A stretch of 64,000 nucleotides of DNA from Asterias rubens (GCF_902459465.1 NC_047071.1:13082001-13146000); one strand, 5' to 3'; counted from the first letter of the stretch, positions 50,520 to 61,602 are shown. Translations and numbers: made by a program. The notes: generated from the letters alone by a model not told the origin.

Positions 50520-50711
50520 AGAAAATGAAAACTTCGTTGACTCTTCTAATTTGTGCAACACTGGAGAATGTTTGTCTTCAATATTCTCTTGCAACTTCGC
50601 TGACAATGGTTGAGCTTAAACTTTCAACAGATTTACTATTGTTTGCATATGTTGGGACACACTAAATGATACTGGTCTATGACAACTACCAAAGGTATCC
50701 AGTGTCTTTAA
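50520..50711 (+). mobile_element. Kolobok-type MITE fragment
   Basis: GCAACTTCG...GACAACTACCAAAGGTATCCAGTGTCT|TTAA. Confidence 0.65.
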
Positions 50712-51039
50712 TGGCATTTAAATGCTTTCCTTTTCGTGTCGATACAACAGTGACAGCGTTGTTACAAGAAGAAGAAAACATTATAATTATAGAGATGCAC
50801 ATTATCCTCGGATGCCACCTCAGGCGACATGACATTTTGTTACAGGGGGCATTGAACACGATGAGGACTATATGACAGTTATGTTTACAGCCGATGAACA
50901 CAAAGAACTTCAACCTTATCGAGCGTCTCTGGTTACGGTCAATATCCGAAATATACATTTAGAGGTATATTGCTGTAAAGGATATCAACATTAGCGGCAG
51001 AGCCAATATTGAGATAAAATTGCACATGTAAACATATCT

Positions 51040-51125
51040 TACAGATACTTATAACAGATTATGGGGTTGAACCAACGACCTCCGGATAACACTGCCGGCG
51101 CTCTACCTCCAATGATTTCGGTCTC
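51040..51125 (-). mobile_element. Short tRNA-derived SINE fragment
   Basis: Minus strand GTAGAGCGCCGGCAGTGTTATCCGGAGGTCGTTGGTTCAACCCC matches the 8457-8545 SINE. Confidence 0.65.
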
Positions 51126-51196
51126 CATATTGTGTTAATGATACCTTTGTTCAGGGTGGTGCCAGTCAGAAACCATTTCTAAAAACAGCCAGAAAC

Positions 51197-51515
51197 CAAA
51201 ACAAAACACAATGTCCACAGATTTACATTAAACTTACACAGTTCAAAGATAATGATGGTAGGTAGCTTCCCTGGAAATATTACTTGCCGAGGTGCTGTAT
51301 TTTTTGAGAAATGAATTAAACAATGTCATGAAAATAATGTTTGCCTCAGTGATCATGAGACGAAAATTATTTTAGCATGTAAAAACGTATTTTCATGAAA
51401 TTGATACAGCACCTTCAGGTATACGCTTTCTATCATTATCTTCAAACGGTGTAAGTTTAATGTAAATCTGTGGATATTGTGTTTTGCTTTACAAAAGGTA
51501 CCCAAATCTTTTCAA
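51197..51515. mobile_element. Fold-back Kolobok-type MITE, family D
   Basis: Colinear with 20256-20638 (AAAACACAATGTCCACAGATTT...GTACCCAAATC). Confidence 0.85.
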
Positions 51516-51568
51516 CCGTTTTAACGGTGTGTGTATATTTGTACACGTGAACTTCTACTTCCAACCTG

Positions 51569-51803
51569 GGCCCAATTTCATAGAGCTGCTTAAGCACAAA
51601 AGTTTGCTTAAGCAAAAACATCCTGGCTAAATAAAATCAGTTTACCGGCCAAGACTCCACTCAATTGTTATGCTAAATAAACAACAGCTAAATACCAGTC
51701 ACAAGCAATGTATATGCCATGACATTTTGGCCAGTAACATGTGAAAAATAAGCGAGCTATTTTCGTGCTTAAGCAAATTTAAGCAGCTCTATTAAATTGG
51801 CCC
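51569..51803. mobile_element. PIF/Harbinger-like MITE with CTG TSD
   Basis: CTG|GGCCCAATTTCATAGAGCTGCTTAA...TTAAGCAGCTCTATTAAATTGGCCC|CTG. Confidence 0.85.
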
Positions 51804-51914
51804 CTGTTGAACAGTTCAAAGTGTCCCAGCGTCCCGTAAAAACAGTAAGCATATGGGCTTTAGAGAAACCCTAACCAGTGGGTAATAAATAAGTTTGTTA
51901 ATCAATTGGGATGC

Positions 51915-52175
51915 ATAGATTGGTCAATCAGTTAGGTTGGTTGATAAACTAGGTTGTTTATTACATTTGGTTGTTTGATAAATCGGGATGGCTAATCAAT
52001 TCGGTTAGTTATTAAGGTTGTTTTTATGAAACAAACTGCTTGTAAGATGTAGGTTTGTTTCTAATTTATAGGTTGGTTATTCAATTCGGTTGGTTGATAA
52101 ATTAGGTTGGTTTATTTATTTGGTTGGTTTACGAACTAGTTTGGTTAATCATCTTTGACTGGTTATTCGATTAGG
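51915..52175. repeat. Decayed (TTGG/GGTT)n microsatellite
   Basis: Repeated GGTTGGTT/TTGGTT motifs with many substitutions. Confidence 0.7.
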
Positions 52176-52511
52176 TCGAATCTTTTGCAATTCATCTTGA
52201 GTGCATGGATTTTGTGATTGTACTATACAATATCTGACATAAACAGGTGACCTTACGCAATGTAACGACTCTCTGCCAAAGGTGTTACTTCTTGATGGGG
52301 GGTAGATGATTTATGATTCCGGGAATAAAAGGGGAAAACAAATAACAAATAAATGATAGATTAGTAAAAACTGTTGTTAAGCGGTATAGTCCATTCGGAT
52401 GTCATGTATAAAGTATAAATGCAGCTAGCCACAAAGCGATTTCTTGGAATTGTGTTGTGTCAATTCTAACTGTATCGTCCCCGAATAACTATAAACCGAT
52501 TCTGAATAATA

Positions 52512-52886
52512 TTAAAGGAACTGAACACTTTTGGTTATTTCTCAAAAACATGTTTAGCATACAAATTCACTTGGTAACGAGCGATGGCGAGCTGTTGATA
52601 GTATAAAATACTGTGAGAAACAGCTCCCTATGAGGTAACGTAGATTTTAAGAAAGAGGTAATTTTTAACATTTTGTTTTATCATTTAAGGCCTAAAGCCT
52701 TTTATCAGGCATCTGGAAGCGCAAATATTGTGTACAACAAGTGTGTTTGTTCTGATATTATCTTCTCGCAACTCCAATGACCAACTAAATCAAAGGTTTC
52801 ACAGTTTTTGTATTTGAATCTTGTTGGGTTACACCAGGCAAAACAAATGGTCTTGGACAATTACCAAAGGTGTCCAGTGCCTTTAA
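52512..52886 (+). mobile_element. Kolobok-type MITE, subfamily B
   Basis: TTAA|AGGAACTGAACAC...GGTGTCCAGTGCCT|TTAA. Confidence 0.85.
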
Positions 52887-53296
52887 AGAGCTATGGACAC
52901 CGGGAGATTCATCTCGTCTCTCGGTGTGTGTATGTGGGGGTGTGTGTGTTGGGGGGGGGGACGGGTGTGTGGGGGGGGGGAGGGGGGTGCAGCCTGATGT
53001 CCTGAAGATCAAACACGGCCTTCCATAGGGGGTGAGAGCGAACACCCACCAGACGACTCAAAGTTATTGACACTGCCAACACGCGCAAGGGCCAAATCAA
53101 ACTCGGTTAATTCCTTCCGACTGTAATTTATAGCTGGACCCTACATCTTTAAGCACATATAAAGGGAAAACCTAGTCTTTTGCTTCTACTCAGAAACGTT
53201 AGCGTATACTCTTCTGTAAAGCTCAAATGGATTAAGAATTGTTTATTATGCGTTAACCAAATCTAGTTTTGTTTTTATTATCAAAGCGTTGTTGGT

Positions 53297-53656
53297 GTGT
53301 TGACATTGGACACTTTTGATAAATACTCAAAATAATTATTAGCAATATATTGTTAGTATAATATAATGTGAAAAACGGCTCCCTCTGAAGTGATGTGGTT
53401 TTGGAGAAAGAACTAATTTTCCACGAATTTGATTTCGAGACCTCATAATTATAATTTGGGGTCTCCGAAATCAAGCATCTGGAAGCACACAACTTCATGT
53501 TACAAGGATGTTTTTTCTTGCATAGTTATATTGCAATTTCGTCGACCAATTGAGCTCAAATTTTCACAAGTTTGTTATTTAATGCATTATTATGTTGAGA
53601 TAAACCAAGTGAGAAGACTGGTCTTTGACAATACCAATAGTGTCTAGTGTCTTTAA
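53297..53656 (+). mobile_element. Kolobok-type MITE, family A (diverged)
   Basis: Family interior with hairpin; ends GTGTCTAGTGTCT|TTAA. Confidence 0.85.
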
Positions 53657-54402
53657 AAGGAGCATATTATGCAAGCTGGTGCCCGATGCGGTTTTTCATG
53701 AATAGCACATATTTATGACAAAGACCAATGGGATCCAAGCCCGATTCGATGAGCTGTCCGCACAAAAGGAAAACGTGATATTATTTGGGGGCACGCTTTA
53801 AAAAACACGAAAGACACACAAATAAGAACCTTCAGCGCATTTACGAGTGCGGAACATTAATGGAGACGTCCGCGTGTTGCGGACAAGATTGTCTCAAGTG
53901 CACAAGGGTCTTTTGTGGAACATTATAAATCCTACCATTTTAAAACAGATAATGTTTATCTCAAAATGCTATAGTCACACATCGAGGGATCACTGATTTA
54001 GCGAATCTACAGACGTCCAACTGGTCTATAGATTTACACGTCCACAAGTTCAGGGGCGGACCTGGATATTATGCACCGGTTGAGTCAGGTGTGTCAAACA
54101 AGATTATTTCTTAAACAACAGTCTAATGCTCGCTTGTGTACAAGTCAATGGGGAGTTGCTATTAACTGACAGTGTAACGCTATGTTGGGTTGTTGGACGC
54201 GCTCCTTAACAATTATGTTAGCCGGGAATAGTGTTGATAAAGTGAGGAGCCTTCTATGGGGAAAACACTATCGCTGAGGATTAGGGACTTAAAGATTTGT
54301 ATAAGGACGTTTTTGTAGACCATCTGAGCCCCACCCTGGTCCAGTTGATACTGTGTGAAAAGTATACCGAGGAGCAACTCACGTTGTACCATCAAGAAGA
54401 CT

Positions 54403-55000
54403 TTAACGGCACTGATGGACAATATTAAATAGTGTCCATAGATTGTTTTGACTCAAAATAATTGCAAGCATAATACTTACTTGGCAACAAGTGGAGAGCT
54501 GTTTTTTAAAATTTAACACATTGTGAGAACTGGCTTCCTCTGAAGTAACGTATTTTTGACAAACGTGTAACTTTGTTCACTCAAATAGAGTGGTGGCAGA
54601 AAGCATTTGTATAGAGATGTGAAAGCACACATGTGTTCTCTTGCAACTGACCAATCGGGTCGCCATTTTCTCAAGCTTGTTATTGTATGTAGGGATACAC
54701 AAAGTGGAAATACTGGGCCCAATCTCATGGCTCTGCTTACCGCCGAATTCTGCGCTTACGATCACGATTCCCCGCTTACGTACAAGCGCCGAATTTCTGC
54801 GCTAGCCTTGTAAGCATAGAATGCCTCGTAACGGGAAGTATGTACGCGCAGAAGCCCAAATTCGCCGCTAACCCGTAAAATACGCTTGCCGTAAGCACAG
54901 AAGTCCCTGATTCCATAAGCGCCGATTCTGTGCTTACGGTAAGCAGAGCCATGAAATTGGCCCCTGGTCTTTGACAATGTTTACCAAAGGTGGCCAAGGT
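54403..55000 (+). mobile_element. Old Kolobok-type MITE, subfamily B, hosting a Harbinger-like MITE
   Basis: Family blocks continue across the insert (GGAAATA-CTG[...]CTG-GTCTTTGACAAT). Confidence 0.75.
54716..54963. mobile_element. PIF/Harbinger-like MITE with exact CTG TSD
   Basis: CTG|GGCCCAATCTCATGGCTCTGCTTACCG...CGGTAAGCAGAGCCATGAAATTGGCCC|CTG. Confidence 0.9.
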
Positions 55001-55779
55001 GTCAAATTTATTTAATGCCGCTGAATGGATAACGGGTAAAGGTTTGACTTCCTTCTTTCACAATACCTTTTGAATAAAATGAACAGTTCAAACGTTCATC
55101 CGCATATATAATAAATACCGCCAACCATCAAGGGGTAATATCCTCATATCTCTAGAGATTTGAAATAATACTGATTGGGTATACTAAATATTATATGGCT
55201 TTAAGGGATTCAAACATTTTGCGGTCACTAAATATCAAACCTGCAGCGCATACAAAAAACAACTTGATATCTTTATTCATTAAAAAGAAAGCTCCAATTA
55301 CAAAAGGAAGAATACGTGATGACACATCTGCACGTATACACTGTACTGCTTTCTTATTGTTCGAATATCTAACCAATATTGATCATTTCATTAATATTAT
55401 TTTGCTACTAGATGGTTTCGTAACGGGTGTTTGTTAAGTAAAGACGAAAGGCTTCGTCATTTAGTCGACTTCTTTGGAATTCACTGCTCGTACGTGCCGA
55501 CCGTACTAAGCCTTCCTGCCAATGTCCGACCGCACAACAGTGAATTATGATATGATTTGGAAAACATTTTTCCCGTTTGATAATTCCTCCGGGAAGACTA
55601 ATCCATAGGAGGTGAGACCTTTTCCTGTCCACTGCAATGTTTGTTTCTTCATTTCTTTAATTTTTTCTTTTTTTTTTGCATCCAAGAATCCTCTAAACTA
55701 TTCCTCATAACGTGACTCAAGCATCGTCGAATCACAAGCCTCTTTCGATCACAGTCTATGTGATTAACATGCACACCAC

Positions 55780-56506
55780 GTAGTCCTGGCTAGAGAAGAA
55801 ACCGTTCATCACTGGCGCCCTCCATCCAACAAAACGGACAGACCCCACTAGCGTGGGGAGCCAGTTGCGAGAGCTTCACTCCCCCTAGGCCTAAGTCAGC
55901 ACTCCCCCCCCCCCCCCTTCATCTTTTTTTTTTAACGGGGGCTGTGAATTCAGCGTGTAAGAGCAAGGACTTGAATTATTTGACTTGCGATACACGTTAC
56001 CACTCTGGACAAGAGACAGTGTTTCCCCATAAAGAAGCGTTTCCTCTTCATTATGTTAACTTGTGCGCTCAATTAGGCCCCGTCCGTACGCGGCAGTTCA
56101 TCGTGAGGCGAAGACGCGCATTGTTGGCCGTCGGACTGTTGCTGGGATCCCCTCGTCTAGTTACCCATGAGCTCAGCCAGGTGTGAGGACTACAGAGGCA
56201 GAGCGGATGGGGCTCAAACTGATCATCACCTCATTACTCTGTTAAACTCTACGGAGTGGGAAAAGTACATCTTCTATTCCAATGACTTGCATAAGGTGTA
56301 GGGGTTAACAATCCGCAATACAACACCCCTGCTGGTGTATTGAGTTATCTTCATTCCACCGTCTGCGCAACTAAATCCCTCCTCTCAGCATTTTTTTTTT
56401 TATTACGCGATTGGGACGACGACGACGCAAGAAAAATCATTATACGCCGTGTGTTTATCGCTCTGGGACTGCTGCAGCAGCAGATGCCACCATCATTACA
56501 AGCAAG
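55780..56506 (+). promoter_or_regulatory. CpG-rich, MITE-free promoter/5'UTR region of the GPCR gene
   Basis: Elevated GC and CpG immediately upstream of the start codon; several upstream ATGs; TSS not determinable. Confidence 0.5.
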
Positions 56507-56854
56507 ATGGAGTACCCTGATGTATCTTATTCCTACTCTTACAGCAGTTTCTACTACTCATCCAATTCAAACTTCACCAATGGGTTCGAAGGAGAGACGG
56601 GTGTTCACGCTATACTAGTTCCGATCATCTTTGGGATAATTACCGTGGTCGGGCTGATTGGTAACGGCTGTGTGGTGATAGTCATTGCCCGGAACCGATG
56701 CATGAGGACTGTCACTAATTTCTTCATAATGAATAATGCCATCACGGATATGGTGTTTGTGGTAATCTGTGCACCCGTTACGGCGTCGCAGTTTATACTC
56801 ACCGATTGGATTTTTGGTGACTTCATATGTAAGCTGGTGGTCTTCATGCAGTAT
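56507..56854 (+). CDS. KISS1R: First coding exon (116 codons, N-terminus to TM3) of a class A neuropeptide GPCR, kisspeptin-receptor-like (galanin/allatostatin-A receptor clade as the alternative)
   Basis: AAGATGG Kozak; LVPIIFGIITVVGLIGN (TM1), MRTVTNFFI-N-AxxD (ICL1/TM2), CAP, WIFGDFICK (ECL1/C3.25), NFT sequon; phase-0 GTGAGT donor after MQY, the position of the KISS1R TM3 intron (YIQQ|VSV). The symbol denotes family, not a proven ortholog. Confidence 0.85.
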
Positions 56855-57010
56855 GTGAGTATAATTGTTAATAAGGCTAACACTCATTTCTTGTGCAAAC
56901 AATGAATACGGAATGCTTTTGTTAAAAGCTAAACTTAATCATCCCCACCCCCGATTTTTCAGCATAGTTTTCGCAGAAGTCGTTTGATGTTGATCAAAAT
57001 GAATACAATC

Positions 57011-57566
57011 CCAGTGGTCTCCAGCCAACACCTTTACGCGCCTACCAGTAAACAGCCACTGACGTTTGGTCTCACGCGTAAACGTGAACGTGAACACGAG
57101 CACGTGCAAAATATCGCGTCACACTGCGTAACGTGTTCACGTATGCGTTCGCCTAGTCTTCAGACAAGTCTTTTGATATTGATCAACATTATTACAATAT
57201 CAGTGTTCTCTGGTACTCGAAAACAGTCAAAGTAGTTTGGTTTCACTCACTGAACGCAAACGTAAACGCGAGCGTTCAACAAATTAACGCGTCACGCAAC
57301 GTATCGATTTCACCTTTCCGGTTTTTACGTTTACGTAACTGTATACACGTAAACGTGACTGTGGATAAGAGTACTTATTATTATTTTAAGGTATTTTTAT
57401 ACCAGTTTCTCCAGCCAACAGCTATACCGCCACTGGTGCAACAAACAGTCAAATAGAGGTTTGGTCCTCACGTATTATGAAAACGGGAAAACGAGCGTGT
57501 CAAACATGATCACGTCGTAACGTTTTCACGTAAGGTTCACGTACATGTGTACACGTAACTTGCAAC
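57011..57566. repeat. Three diverged about 195-bp ACGT-rich units
   Basis: Unit starts at 57011, 57201 and 57402 (C(C)AGT(G/T)(G/T)TCTC...AAACAG...TTTGGT(C/T)TCAC), each followed by dense ACGT motifs. Confidence 0.65.
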
Positions 57567-58619
57567 TATAGCTAAACAAATAGATCATTAGTTTTTTTAT
57601 TAACGGTCACAAGTAAAAGTGATTTGTTTTCAATCAACGAAATTCGTTGGGTTTCATTTTCATCCGTGACGATGTTTTTATTATGTTGGCCTCGCCAGTC
57701 TAGTCCCTACACTGGAAGCTTAGCGTTCCTAACTCTGAAAACTAAAACAGACCTTATAGCTTTTGCTTGGAATGTATAATAACCATAAGCTAAGGTCATT
57801 TCCCCTACTAGTTTGTTATACATCTGTAAATATTTTTGTATACTATAAAGTAGTTCTCGATACCTTTTTATAAAGAAGTGGTTTTTTTTCAATTGTATTA
57901 ATTTATACAAAGGTATGTGCATCATTTCATTTTCGCCCGCGCAAAAGTTTGTTTCACGACTTGATTACGTGTAAATAATGACGTTTAGTATATATCATAT
58001 CATCCAACAGCTGCGATGCTCTAATTTGAGGGAATGATATCATAATAATATAAACAAACAATAAAATACAAGCACTTCGGTACAAGGCAAAACTTTAAAA
58101 AAAAGACATACAAATCTACTACTCATAAGCAAAATCGAATACAAAACACTGTTTTTAAAGTTGTACGTGGTTGAGATTGTTAGTATCACGTACTATACTC
58201 TTGAATTTTTTAAAATAACTATTTTAATTTAATTGCTTTTTGTCTTTAGAAAGAGACAGAAATGCTTCATTTGGTGACTAAATATCCTTAATGTTTATTT
58301 CTTTTTGTTATTAAAAGTAGTATCACTATCACAAGAAAGTTGTGGTTACTGTTTTTATAATTAACGCATTTTCATTATTTTTGAGAGAGAGAGACACGCT
58401 CTATTTGGTAACCATTTCAGTATTCAAATCTATATTTGTACTCGTTAAATCCGGTTGCAATTGACTTCTGAAGCTAAACACATACCAGGGGAATCTCATT
58501 CGGCAAGGTCACAGAGGTTCAATCCCAAATATTGATTCTGACAAACCAAGTACGCGGATAACACCTCCACTGTCCTGACTCCGGTCGATAGCAGAGATTT
58601 GTGCAGTATTTCGTTGCAG

Positions 58620-58950
58620 TTAGAATGGTTTTTCGTACCTTTTGTAGATCAAGTTTTGGCCATGACATGAATCCATAGTCACTGTGAATGAAGATGTTTG
58701 TTATATAAAGTTGCACGTAGAAGTTCCACCCTTATTAGTCGTCAAGTTTTTTTATTTACTAAAGTGAACATCACACGGAGCAATGTTTTTCAGGAGAGTC
58801 GAATACGATGTACATGCTAAAATAGTGTTCGTCTCATGAGACGAAAATTCCTTTTTTGATATTGTTTTACGAAATCCTAAAAAAAAACAGCTCCTCGGTT
58901 AGTTATATTTTTTAAGGAAAGCTTGTCCTACAATAATTATAGTTTTTTTT
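58620..58950. mobile_element. Kolobok-type MITE, family D/E
   Basis: Shares blocks with 27790-28142 and CATGAGACGAAAATT with family D. Confidence 0.7.
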
Positions 58951-59266
58951 TTTTTTTTTTTTTTTACTTTTTAAGATTTATTTTTGCATTGTATGCCTTT
59001 AGAACACTTTGTAAACGCAATAAGGCTATAAATTCAACAATTTTGCGATCCTACTTTAGTCTTATTTGTATAGGCAAAATATGAGTATTATTGTAATAAC
59101 CAAGAACCTGGACCATGCTCCTTAAAGTTTGTTTTTTTTGGGTGGGTGAGGGTGAGGGTTGAAATGCGCAGAAATAGTCAAATCCGTTGCATCAATGTAA
59201 TATACCTAAATTTAAATCAACAAAATCGAACACAAACAGTGCGCAACGCAACACTAAACTGGTTGA

Positions 59267-59573
59267 TTCAAGGCCCTGGAAACGTTTGGTAATTGCCAAG
59301 GACCAGTATTCTCACTTGTTGTATCCCAACATAAGCATCTGAAAATCTGGGCCCAATTGGTGATCGAAGTTGCAGTAGAATAACGAAAGACAAAACCATT
59401 ATTACACAAATTTCTGTGCTTTCAGATGCATTTGTAATATTGAGTGATGTGAAGTTACCTCTTGAGCCGTTTCTCAAAATGTTTACTAATAACAGCTCTC
59501 CGTTGCTCGTTACCAAGTAAGTTTTCCATAACAACAAATTTGAGTAGTAACCAACATTGTCCAGTGCCTTTAA
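59267..59573 (-). mobile_element. Kolobok-type MITE, subfamily B
   Basis: AGGCCCTGGAAACGTTTGGTAATTG...GTCCAGTGCCT|TTAA. Confidence 0.8.
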
Positions 59574-59964
59574 AATAATTACCCTTATTACGGATTGTGT
59601 TCTTGTGGTGTGTTTTTTTTTTAGAGCAATTAGTTGTAATCACAACGGTCATTAACATTGCGCACAACCTATTATGAATAGACTATTTCCAAACAAGGTT
59701 ACCCCATCCCAAGGGTCAGGCTCATTAAGAAGAAGGGTTTCTCCGATTCAGGATATAAACAGTGTAAGAACAAAAAAATTAAAAATAAACATTAAATTGA
59801 GTCTTTAGAGGACGTCTGTTGAGTTTGACCAAGCACTCTATAAAAAAAAACTACTCATCATTTCCCCAAAAGAAGAAAAAAAAACTAAAATATATATATA
59901 CATCAAACAAAAACAAATACACAGAACTAATAAAACATCAATTTTCGGACCCCTCTTTTTTCTC

Positions 59965-60254
59965 TCTTTGGAAATTTGGGCTGCATTGGTCATCGAAGTT
60001 AAAAGAGAGTAATTGAAGAAAAAACATCCTTGTTGCACAACTTTGTGTGCTTTCAGACGCGTATTAAAAGGTTTCGAAAGTCTCGTATTATTTGAATGAG
60101 AAATTACCTCTTTCTCAAAAACTATGTTTATTTCAAAGGGAGCCGTTCCCACAATTATTTATACTATCTACAGCTCTCGTTTGCTCGTTAACAAAACAAG
60201 TTTTTATGATAACAATTATTTGGATGTATTTACCAATAGAGTCCAGTGCCTTGA
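59965..60254 (-). mobile_element. Kolobok-type MITE, subfamily B, truncated
   Basis: GGTCATCGAAG...GGGAGCCGTT...GTCCAGTGCCTTGAA. Confidence 0.75.
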
Positions 60255-60360
60255 ATCGACATGTGTAATGTTTGTGTTATTTCATTATAGTGGCCCCACC
60301 CCCTGGCCACTTAATATCACGCTATTGTTGGCTGAACCCCAATGGGAGACTGTTTTGACG

Positions 60361-60472
60361 CTAGGTGGCAGCAGACTTACCAGGTAAAATACATTTTTTT
60401 TCTCGGTACTGTGCGCGTGCTCAGAACTACGTAAACAATGAACATTTACCTGGTAAGTATGCTGCCACCTAG
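60361..60472. mobile_element. 112-bp MITE with 28-bp TIRs
   Basis: CTAGGTGGCAGCA(G/T)ACTTACCAGGTAAA at 60361-60388 and, inverted, at 60445-60472 (one mismatch). Confidence 0.8.
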
Positions 60473-60564
60473 TGTTCAAAAGTTCCCTACTTGCTGTTTC
60501 TACCAGTTCCAAATTGTCATGATGTGTGTGTATGTTTGGATATCGCCTGTCCATCAAGTCCCTC

Positions 60565-60731
60565 AAGCCCGGTTCGTACTTCCTGCGAGGCGAATGCGAT
60601 ACGAACTTTGACGTCAAAGATGCGTGTTTGCTGTGAATGATTCGCACGAGTTGATGAACTGTGCTCAACTCTTCCTGATTATTCGTTGCGAAATATCGCA
60701 TTCTAATTTGCAGGAAGTATGAACCGGGCTT
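60565..60731. mobile_element. Palindromic MITE, family H
   Basis: AAGCCCGGTTCGTACTTCCTGC...GCAGGAAGTATGAACCGGGCTT. Confidence 0.85.
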
Positions 60732-61602
60732 TAGTCTACCTGTTTGCATGTCTTCTTGATAAGTGCACTGGTCATCTCCAACTTATTTTCTTGATCTTGT
60801 CCATGTTATTATTATTGGTTTATTAAAAAATTAAACATGGCGGCCAAAAAGCCGAATTGCGGATGCATATATAAAAATACAAAAATTATTACTATAAATC
60901 TATGTTTACTATAAATCCATGTGATGTTACTTGTTTTTGTTTGTTTACAAGTCAAACCATAATTTGTCCGGGCGCTACATTTTTTAACGTGCGCACTTGC
61001 TATATCGATAATTTTGGACGGGGCGTCCAAAAAACCACTTGTTTTGCACACCAGACACACCCCTGATCGCTGCGTATCAAGGGAAGCTTGAGACGAGAAG
61101 TAGGTGTGAACCTTGTCTTTCACCAGGTTTCACACATCGAAACTCACCTAGTATGTTATTCACATGATGCTGAGCTACTCTCAGTTTTTGAGACCGAGTA
61201 GTATTAATTATACAGTAACATGTTGTTGATATACAAAACATGCATATGCCAATATCATATCAAAGCGTTCCGTTGGCACTATTTGGCTGGTTTTTTTTTA
61301 CACCAGTTGTACCCATCAACTGTATTTCTTTTGGGCATACCTATCGAGTGGATTACACGTCTTGGCCGAGTTCGGCCAGGCTGTCAAAACAGAAATCTTG
61401 TCAGCCCACTGCACTCTACAATATGTACTCATGGAAAACAATCTTATGCGGCTATGGATACGTGGATCTGAGGTTTCATATTTACACGATAGCCGTGCCG
61501 ATATTATGTTGAGTAGGTTTGAACAAGTATGGCAAAGTCTCGTTCACTGTTGCATTGCGATCAGTGGAGACACGACGGTAACACTCACAAAGAAGATATC
61601 TG

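Noticed and set aside
56411-56905. The 164-aa ORF as given in the track
   Set aside because: Its start is a non-ATG codon upstream of the strong-Kozak ATG at 56507, and the tail after 56854 is intron read-through.
60285-60749. 154-aa minus-strand ORF
   Set aside because: It spans two unrelated MITEs.
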